DNA of 64,000 nucleotides from an uncultured Candidatus Micrarchaeota archaeon (GTDB lineage Archaea; Micrarchaeota; Micrarchaeia; Burarchaeales; Fermentimicrarchaeaceae): NCBI GenBank assembly GCA_963760615.1, contig CAVXDX010000007.1, positions 40,982 to 104,981 of the forward strand, read 5' to 3'. Shown piece by piece: positions 55,375 to 64,000 of this stretch (position 1 is its first letter; each line of letters starts with the position of its first letter). The notes under the pieces were generated by a model. It saw only the letters and a program-made list of their open reading frames with translations, ran no database searches and was not told where the DNA came from. The position numbers and the translations under genes were made by a program.

Positions 55375-56508
55375 TTAGAGCTCTAGTACAACCTCTCCCT
55401 TTTTTAAATCAATGCTTTCGACAAGCTTGGCCTCTTCGGGCATTTCTTCCTTGAGCCCTCTCTTTATCTCTTCGGAATTCTTCTTCAGCTTCCTCATTTT
55501 CTTTATGAAGCTCACTATTGCTTCAATCCTGTCAAAATTCTGGTATATCTTATCTCCAATCTCCTTGCCCTCCCTTGCGCTCTCTCTGAATTCATTCAAG
55601 CTCTTCTCCTGCTCCCTGAGCTTTAGCTCTATCTTCAGCTTCCGCTCGTCAACCTTCTCCTCTTTTTCGGAGTAATGCAGGTAAAAATCATCCAGAAGCG
55701 CTGAGAGGGATTTGAATTGGAGCATCTCCATTCCCTCGTATTTCTTAAACGGGAATAGTGAGTAGTCAATGTACGCTCCTTCCCTGATGTAAATTGTTGG
55801 CTCTGGCTTGTTGACGTATTCCATCACTTCTATCAACCCTGCAAAGAGCTCGCCAACTTCATTGCCATTGAGAGAGTCAGCACTTCTTTCCAAGTCAAGC
55901 TTTGCCCTCCTGCAGGCTTCTTCTATGTATGCAGGGCCGAGATTTATCTTGACTGAGAGAGACGGCACAAGCTTCTTTGCATCAAGAAGACCTTTGAGCT
56001 GAACCTCGTTGAGTTCAAGCGGGTCTATCCTCTCGGACTTGGGAAAGATGTATTTCTCCCCCCTCCGTATGTTTCTATCCTTCCACTCCTCGCTTCTGTA
56101 GGCGTGCAGTATGCTGCATTTCTTATCAGCAAGTATGAGGTTGCCGTTTGAGAACATTTCAAAAATGAGCATGAAGCTACTCTCCTTTTCAAGCTCGAAC
56201 ACAACGACGCGGTCAAGCCCGTACTGCATCACGCTCTTTACTCTTGAGCCTTCTATGTATTTTCTCAGTGACATTACAAATGTGGAGGGTTTCTGGGGAG
56301 CTTCCTTTATGTACTGGGTTATATTCAGCCTCTCCCTGAGCTTGCAGAACACGTCAACATCTCCGCTCTGCTGGGAGTGGAAGCGCAGGCGGAACTCGTC
56401 ACGGCTAAGCTCGTAGAGCTTTGTTAACCTAGCTCCGACAAGCACCTGCAGCTCCTTGCATACGCAGAAGAGCTCAATATTCGCTATTTCTCTCATGGTA
56501 AGAACCAT
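55375..56508 (-). CDS. NFACT/Rqc2 (aRqcH) homolog, N-terminal part only (NFACT-N, HhH, coiled coil)
   Basis: FVMSLRKYIEG, DRVVVFE, EMFSNGNLIL, GEKY..P and YIEEAC.RA motifs. Ends at 377 aa without an NFACT-R domain. Confidence 0.8.
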   Translation of the reverse strand: MVLTMREIANIELFCVCKELQVLVGARLTKLYELSRDEFRLRFHSQQSGDVDVFCKLRERLNITQYIKEAPQKPSTFVMSLRKYIEGSRVKSVMQYGLDRVVVFELEKESSFMLIFEMFSNGNLILADKKCSILHAYRSEEWKDRNIRRGEKYIFPKSERIDPLELNEVQLKGLLDAKKLVPSLSVKINLGPAYIEEACRRAKLDLERSADSLNGNEVGELFAGLIEVMEYVNKPEPTIYIREGAYIDYSLFPFKKYEGMEMLQFKSLSALLDDFYLHYSEKEEKVDERKLKIELKLREQEKSLNEFRESAREGKEIGDKIYQNFDRIEAIVSFIKKMRKLKKNSEEIKRGLKEEMPEEAKLVESIDLKKGEVVLEL

Positions 56509-56558
56509 TACGTAAAGTGTTTATATATTTTCGTTTTAAAATCTCTTGGGGTGTTCTT

Positions 56559-57800
56559 ATGACCGAGATGAAGCTAGCTAAAAAGGGAGTTGTAACTTCC
56601 GCCATGAAGAGAATTGCAAGGGAGGAGAGGGTTGATGCTGAGAGAGTCAGAAACGGGGTTGCAAAGGGGAGGATAGTCATTCTTGAGAAGAGGGGAAAAG
56701 TCTGCGGAATTGGGGCTGGCTTGAGGACAAAGATAAATGCAAATGTTGGAACCTCAACTGATTTTGCGAAGGTTGAGGAGGAGATTAGGAAGGTTAAAGC
56801 TGCTGTTGATGCTGGCACGGACACAGTTATGGATTTGAGCACAGGAGGGGATTTGGAGGGTGTGCTGAAGAGGATAATAAGAAACTCTTCAGTTCCCGTT
56901 GGAACTGTCCCCGTGTATTCTGCTTTCGTGAATTCATTCAGGAAAGGCGAGCTGCCGAGCGAGGAGGAAATACTCAAGTCTGTGGAGAGGCACATAAAGC
57001 TAGGAGTGGATTTTGTGACGGTTCATGCTGCCGAGAAAAGGAGAGGGGTGGAGCTCACAAAAAGCAGAATTATGAGAATTGTGAGCAGGGGGGGCTGCAT
57101 GCTTGCGGCATGGATGATTAGGAATGAGAAGGAGAACCCGCTTTACACGAATTTTGATTATCTGCTTGAACTTGCTGAGGAGAGGGATGTTGTGCTCAGT
57201 CTCGGTGACGCCCTGAGGCCCGGCTGCTTGAATGACTCAACTGACAAGGCGCAGATGCACGAGCTTATAACACAAGGTGAACTGGTGAGGAGGGCCCATG
57301 AGAAGAACATATCAGTCATCTGTGAGGGGCCCGGCCATGTACCCCTTGATAAGATTGAGGCTAACATAAAGCTGCAGAAAAAAATCTGCTCGGGCGCTCC
57401 TTTCTATGTGCTCGGTCCTCTTGTGACAGACATAGCGGCTGGCTACGACCACATAAGCTCGGCAATTGGCGGCGCTCTGGCTGCTGCTGCTGGAGCAGAC
57501 TTCCTGTGCGTGGTAACTCCAAGCGAGCATGTTGCGCTCCCGACAGTTGATGATGTGGTTGAGGGGGTTGTCGCAATGAGGATTGCCGCACATTCTGCGG
57601 ATATTGCCAAGAGGATGGATAATGAGGCTGATTTGGAGATGAGCAAGGCGAGAGCTGAACTGGATTGGAAGGGGCAGTTCCAGCATGCAATACACAGCGA
57701 GAAGGCGAAAGAGTACAGGAGAAAGAGGGGGAGCAGCAGCAGGGCATGCAGCATGTGCGGGGATTATTGCGCAATAAAAATTATGAAAGAGCTTGAATGA
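56559..57800 (+). CDS. thiC: Phosphomethylpyrimidine synthase (radical SAM)
   Basis: KINANVGTS, DTVMDLSTGG, GTVPVY, SRGG, SLGDALRPG, EGPGHVP, GYDHI and CSMCGDYC motifs. Confidence 0.93.
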   Translation: MTEMKLAKKGVVTSAMKRIAREERVDAERVRNGVAKGRIVILEKRGKVCGIGAGLRTKINANVGTSTDFAKVEEEIRKVKAAVDAGTDTVMDLSTGGDLEGVLKRIIRNSSVPVGTVPVYSAFVNSFRKGELPSEEEILKSVERHIKLGVDFVTVHAAEKRRGVELTKSRIMRIVSRGGCMLAAWMIRNEKENPLYTNFDYLLELAEERDVVLSLGDALRPGCLNDSTDKAQMHELITQGELVRRAHEKNISVICEGPGHVPLDKIEANIKLQKKICSGAPFYVLGPLVTDIAAGYDHISSAIGGALAAAAGADFLCVVTPSEHVALPTVDDVVEGVVAMRIAAHSADIAKRMDNEADLEMSKARAELDWKGQFQHAIHSEKAKEYRRKRGSSSRACSMCGDYCAIKIMKELE

Positions 57801-57802
57801 GT

Positions 57803-59068
57803 TCAGTGGACCACGAGTATCAGTGCAAGCGCCCCTGCAAGCATGGATGTAACTATGAGCGGTATTCCTCTCCCGCTAAACTCCTTTGACGCGCCTGTGA
57901 TAAGTGCGAAAATCTTTGCCAGCAGACTTGAGAAGCACCCAATCATTATGAGGTAGGCGCAGGCAACATTGCCAAGCCCTAGGCTCACTTGATTTGAGGA
58001 GATGGATGCCACCACTGAAGCGCTGCTCGCAAGGCCCCCTATGAATGCCGCTATGCCCATATTCCTGGGACTGAACTGGGAGATGAGGTATACCAGCAGC
58101 ATCACTGCAAAAAGCTCTACACCGAATCTCAATCCCGAAACTACAGAGAAAGGTTGCTTGAAAAGCAGTTCGGTTTTATGGGTTTTTGATGGTGCACTTC
58201 TGAAGATTTGCAAGGTGAAAACAAGCACCATTGCCACCACGGGAATGACAATTAGGTTGAATATCTGCGGTGATAGGAGCAGGACTAGGAAGAGGTTTCT
58301 CAGCAACATGGCACTGCTTGCCATTGCCAAGCCAGTTATGTAGAGAGGTGACGGCCTCTCCTTTGATTTCGAAGCAAGAGATTCAACTGTTGCAACCGAG
58401 TTTATCAACCCTCCCAGAAAGCCTGTTATGGGGAATGCTTTTGCACCCCAGAAACACATTAGCAGGAAGGATATGAATGATATGAGGGAGACCACTATGA
58501 CTATGAAAAGGAATGACTGTAGGTTTACTGAGAAAGCGCCGTATACGGTGATGGGGTTTGGCGGAGATAAAACGAAGGCTATGGGGTAGATTATGAAACA
58601 GATTGTTGCGAACAGCATTGCATCTGCTATCTCCTCATCCGTGAGCTTCTTGACAAACAGGTGGGAGTAGTCCCTGCTGAGAAGTATAATCGTTGTCAGT
58701 ATGGCTCCACTTATCGCCTCGATGTATAAATCAAACCCCACCAGCACACCGAGTATGAATGCCAGCGGAAGAGTGAGCACGGTAGTCAACCCTAGAGCCT
58801 CAAACTTCTTTGCCCTGAAGTAGTAGAGCAGAAATGTGTAGCCTATTACTGCGAGCATGCACAGGTATGGGACATAGACCAGATTGCCAGACAGCTCTGA
58901 TATCATGACGCTGAGAGTTCCCAGAAGAGAGATGAGAGCTATTGTTCGCACACCCGTTATTATCTGGTGCTTGGTGTGCTCCCTCTCAATTCCTATTAAC
59001 GCTCCAACAGCTATTGAAAGAGCTATCTGCTGCAGAAATACCAGATTGCTGACCATTTTATCTCCCAC
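57803..59068 (-). CDS. MgtC/SapB + DUF4010 membrane protein
   Basis: GALIGIERE, GVRT, GLTT and GGLINS.AT motifs. Confidence 0.85.
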   Translation of the reverse strand: MGDKMVSNLVFLQQIALSIAVGALIGIEREHTKHQIITGVRTIALISLLGTLSVMISELSGNLVYVPYLCMLAVIGYTFLLYYFRAKKFEALGLTTVLTLPLAFILGVLVGFDLYIEAISGAILTTIILLSRDYSHLFVKKLTDEEIADAMLFATICFIIYPIAFVLSPPNPITVYGAFSVNLQSFLFIVIVVSLISFISFLLMCFWGAKAFPITGFLGGLINSVATVESLASKSKERPSPLYITGLAMASSAMLLRNLFLVLLLSPQIFNLIVIPVVAMVLVFTLQIFRSAPSKTHKTELLFKQPFSVVSGLRFGVELFAVMLLVYLISQFSPRNMGIAAFIGGLASSASVVASISSNQVSLGLGNVACAYLIMIGCFSSLLAKIFALITGASKEFSGRGIPLIVTSMLAGALALILVVH

Positions 59069-59837
59069 CCGCAGTTTTGACAGCCTTTACAAATTCTCTT
59101 ATAGTTTTACCAACGTCCTTTGCGTCCTGCGCAATTGTCCCGATATGCACGGCGTCTGCCCCTGCCTTCACAATATCTTCTGCCTGCTTCTTCGTTTTTA
59201 TCCCTCCGGCTACTATATACGGGACGGATATTGCTTTTCTGACAGCCTTCACCATTTCCAGCGGGACAGGCCCCAATTCTGATGCACTTCCCACATCGGT
59301 GACTATAAATCTGCTTCCTATGTATTCACCTGCAAGAGCAAGGGAAGCTGCTATCTGCGGCTTGTGCCTTGGCACCTTGTTTGCGTCTCCCACCCAGCCA
59401 ACGGTTCCTCCTGGCTCAACAACAATATAGCCCACAGGCAAAGCCTCTATGCCAAGCTGCTTGACAACAGGAGCTGCAAGAGCCTGAGCCTGGGATATCC
59501 AGTATGGATTTCTGGAGTTTAAGAGCTGCATGAAGTAAACGGCATCGGCAGATTTTGACAGGGTGCCGGTATTACCTGGGAAAAGCACTATGGGGACGTT
59601 TACTCGTTCCTTTATTTTCTTCGTAACCTCGTCAAGTATGCCCCCCTGCACTCCTATGCTACCCCCTATGAGTATGATGTCCGCCCCTGCGTTACATGCT
59701 TCGCCTGCAGTGTCAACAGCCTTGTCAAAGCTAGGATAATCCAAAGGGTCTATTAGGACGAATAGCAGAGCGCCATCCCTCTCAATACCCTCATTGATGT
59801 ATTTTTCAACCTTTCCTATGCTCCGCATAGAAAGCAC
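59058..59837 (-). CDS. Geranylgeranylglyceryl phosphate synthase (group II)
   Basis: LIDP, IGGS, LFPG, LLNSRNPYW, GYIVVEPG and GGIK motifs. Confidence 0.9.
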   Translation of the reverse strand: MLSMRSIGKVEKYINEGIERDGALLFVLIDPLDYPSFDKAVDTAGEACNAGADIILIGGSIGVQGGILDEVTKKIKERVNVPIVLFPGNTGTLSKSADAVYFMQLLNSRNPYWISQAQALAAPVVKQLGIEALPVGYIVVEPGGTVGWVGDANKVPRHKPQIAASLALAGEYIGSRFIVTDVGSASELGPVPLEMVKAVRKAISVPYIVAGGIKTKKQAEDIVKAGADAVHIGTIAQDAKDVGKTIREFVKAVKTAGGR

Positions 59838-60858
59838 CTCTCTTGTAGTACTCCACCATCTCTTTTATACCCTCCTCCAGCCTTACGCTTGGGGAGTAGC
59901 CCAATTGTCTTTTTGCTTTAGAAGTGTTAAAAATCCTGTGCGATGATAGAACTGCAAGGTTTTCCAAATCAACTCTTTTTTTACTCCATCCAAGGAAGCT
60001 CAGGGGGTAGGAGAGCTGTACGCCAAATTCAGCAAGGAAATGTGGTATGTGCTGGTGCGGTGGCTTCACCCCCAGTTCCCTGGCAGCAATCTCGAAAACT
60101 TCTTTCTGGGTCATCTGCTCCGCTCCTGTTATTATGTAAATCTGACCTGGAGCTTTCCTGCTCTCGGCCGCAAGGAGGAGAGCCTTGGCAACATCCTTTG
60201 CGTGGACAAACGGTATGACATTATTGCCTGAGTTTATTATCCTCATTCTGTTATGCTTGATGAGCTTCAGAACTGGGAAGTAGCCCTCGTCAAACCCCTC
60301 CCCATATATGACCGCGGGCCTGACTATGACGACTGGGAATCTGTTCTTATACTCAAGCACGGCCTTCTCTGCCATGAGCTTTGAGAACCCATAGTTGTCT
60401 GTTGGCAGGCATTCTGTCTTCTCGTTTGCGGGTATCTCAGCCAGATCCTTGCCCATCACTGAGGTGGAGCTGCAGTACACAACCCTCTGCAGGTTGGGGG
60501 CGGCCTCAGTGCATACTTTCAGAAGATTCTTTGTTCCTTCGACATTGACATCAAAAAGCCTCTTCTCGGAGCTTACATAGTCTACAAGGGCAGCAAGGTG
60601 GAAGACTATATCAACTCCCCTGACAGCATCAAAAAGCGTCAGCGGGTGGGTTATGTCCCCGGGAAAGACATCAACTCCTTTTGGGAATGATAGCTCAGCT
60701 CCTGCCCTGGCGAGCACTCTCACCCTTGCCTTTTTCTCAAGCAGAAGTTTCAAGAGGTGCTTGCCCAGTCTCCCTCCTGCCCCAGTGACAAGCATAAGAG
60801 GCTTCCTGCCCACGCTAGGCTTTTTGGGCTTCTTCTTTACAGTCTGCTTTTTCCCCAT
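59806..60858 (-). CDS. NAD-dependent epimerase/dehydratase family protein
   Basis: VTGAGGRLG, HLAA, CSSTSV, YGFSK and RPAVIYG motifs. Confidence 0.88.
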   Translation of the reverse strand: MGKKQTVKKKPKKPSVGRKPLMLVTGAGGRLGKHLLKLLLEKKARVRVLARAGAELSFPKGVDVFPGDITHPLTLFDAVRGVDIVFHLAALVDYVSSEKRLFDVNVEGTKNLLKVCTEAAPNLQRVVYCSSTSVMGKDLAEIPANEKTECLPTDNYGFSKLMAEKAVLEYKNRFPVVIVRPAVIYGEGFDEGYFPVLKLIKHNRMRIINSGNNVIPFVHAKDVAKALLLAAESRKAPGQIYIITGAEQMTQKEVFEIAARELGVKPPHQHIPHFLAEFGVQLSYPLSFLGWSKKRVDLENLAVLSSHRIFNTSKAKRQLGYSPSVRLEEGIKEMVEYYKRGAFYAEHRKG

Positions 60859-60936
60859 ATGACCGATATATTCGCTTTCAATATTTAAAGCTGCGCTGTC
60901 CCCTCAATTTAAATAATTCAATACTATAATATACTC

Positions 60937-61218
60937 ATGGCTGTTCAGAAGAAGCTGTATGAGGAGAGGACTCCTATAAGGAGTGAGCTGGAACGCTACG
61001 CTCTTGACTGCCTGGAGAACAGTGATACGCAGGTCAACCAGCTGCTCGAGCTTTTGAGAAAATCCGGCAATAAGACACTTGTCACCCCGCAGGTTGTTGA
61101 GAGAGTAGGGGATATGATGTTCGAGAGGGACACATACATCCGCACCCTTGCTATGAACGTTTATATTGAGGCGCTTAAAAGAAACCCTGAGCTTGCAACA
61201 AAGGAGAGGATTGACTAA
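60937..61218 (+). CDS. Hypothetical helical protein, last gene of the archaeal segment
   Basis: 93-aa ORF with host-like codon usage and an AT-rich divergent promoter upstream. Confidence 0.55.
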   Translation: MAVQKKLYEERTPIRSELERYALDCLENSDTQVNQLLELLRKSGNKTLVTPQVVERVGDMMFERDTYIRTLAMNVYIEALKRNPELATKERID

Positions 61219-61229
61219 TTCCTGAGCTG

Positions 61230-62007
<778 letters not shown>

Positions 62008-62104
62008 TAGCGTCGGCACGCGGAGCGCGGATTCGGCCGCGGCGACATCGTGTCAATGCACTGGCCCCGTATCTTTGACCGGAGATGGAATTCGAGGAAG
62101 ATCG

Positions 62105-63390
62105 ATGAACAAGAAGACGATTCGCGACGTGGATCTCAAGGGCAGGCGCGTGCTGATGCGCGTGGATTTCAACGTGCCGATCAAGGACGGCAAGGTCGCC
62201 GACGACACCCGCATCACGGCGGCGCTGCCGACGATCAAGTACTGCTGGAGCAGGGCGCATCGCTGGTGCTGATGAGCCACCTGGGCCGGCCCAAGGGCAA
62301 GGGCTACGAGGCCGGAGTTCAGCCTCAAGCCGGTGGCCGCCCGCCTGCCAGGAGCTGCTCGGCAGGCCGGTGAAGTTCGCCCCGGACTGCATCGGCGCCG
62401 AAGCACGATGGCCATGGCCAAGGCGCTGAAGCCGGGCGAGGTCCTGCTGCTCGAAAACACCCGCTTCTACAAGGAAGAAGAAGGCAAGGCCAAGGTGGCC
62501 GACACACGCCACGGACGAGGAGAAGAAGGCGGCCAAGGCGGAGATGAAGAAGAAGCAGGAGGAGCTGGCGAAGAAGCTGGCGCCGCTGGGCGACGGCGAA
62601 ATCTACGTCAACGACGCCTTCGGCTCCGCGCACCGCGCCCACGCCTCGACCGCGCGTCGTCTGCAAGTTCTACAAGGAGAACGTCGCCGGCTTCCTGATG
62701 GAGAAGGAGATCGACTACCTCGGCCGCGCGCTGGCGAAGCCCGGAGCGGCCGTTCGTGGCCATCCTCGGCGGCGCCAAGGTCAGCGACAAGGTCAACGTG
62801 ATCACGAACCTGCTGACAAGGTCAACGCGCTGATCATCGGCGGCGCCATGGCCTACACGTTCTACCGCGCCAAGGGCATGCCCACCGGCAAGTCGCTGGT
62901 CGAGGAGGACAAGGTGGATCTGGCCAAGGACATCCTGGCGCAAGGCCAAAGCCGGCGGCGTGAAGCTGCTGCTGCCGGTGGACCACGTCATCGCCGACAA
63001 GTTCGACGCCGCGGCGCAACGACGCAAGGTCGTCGGCGAGACGAGCATCCGGACGGCTGGATGGCGCTGGACATCGGCCCGAAGACCGCGAAGCTGTTCG
63101 CGGCCGAGATCGCGCAAGGCCAAGACGGTGGTCTGGAACGGCCCGATGGGCTGTTTCGAGATGAAGCCGTTCGCCGCCGGCACCATGGCCGTCGCCCAGG
63201 CGGTGGCCGCGACGCAAGTGCCTGAGCATCATCGGCGGCGGCGACAGCGTGAGCGCCGTCAACAAGAGCGGCCTGGCCGACAAGATGACCCACATCAGCA
63301 CCGGCGGCGGCGCCAGCCTCGAGTTCCTCGAAGGCAAGGACCTGCCCGGGTCGTGCGACGGTCGCTGAGCGGACGCAGTACAGCATTCAC
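62105..63390 (+). other. pgk: Bacterial phosphoglycerate kinase with many indels (foreign or chimeric segment); end approximate
   Basis: [51 protein letters not shown] and [13 protein letters not shown] motifs across frames. Confidence 0.9.
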
Positions 63391-63416
63391 ACCGGATGAC
63401 GCCAAAGGACGTACTC

Positions 63417-64000
<584 letters not shown>

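Overview
Positions 1 to ~61229 are a gene-dense archaeal chromosome segment. Evidence for this is class I CCA enzyme, Dph6, AglB, GGGP synthase, geranylgeranyl reductase, PAC2, a BHB-intron tRNA, GGTGA-type SD motifs and TATA boxes. The gene repertoire suggests a DPANN, possibly Micrarchaeota-like, lineage, which is inference only. The segment contains: a partial Cys-rich lipoprotein serpin; a nucleoside/MTA salvage cluster; tRNA-related housekeeping genes; an ABC transporter with DUF47; tRNA-Leu(UAA) with a 17-nt intron at the non-canonical 30/31 position; a solo intact TnpB (IS1341-type) element; aglB followed by a ~21-kb surface-glycan cluster (22.9-43.8 kb), in which a methyltransferase sits between two copies of a duplicated bidirectional promoter; an orphan PrgI-VirB4 fusion ATPase flanked by a 3-TM protein and a secreted M15A peptidoglycan-peptidase-like protein with a 17-Gly linker; a GT-C/GT2 operon; truD; a C-terminally truncated NFACT/Rqc2; thiC; and GGGP synthase. 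From ~61230 the sequence switches abruptly to a very GC-rich, indel-riddled bacterial gap-pgk-tpiA operon that begins mid-gene. This is most likely a chimeric join or low-accuracy read rather than real HGT. The best candidate for an undescribed system is the M15A peptidase / PrgI-VirB4 / 3-TM locus at 43.8-47.6 kb. All family calls come from motif recognition by eye; no database searches were run.
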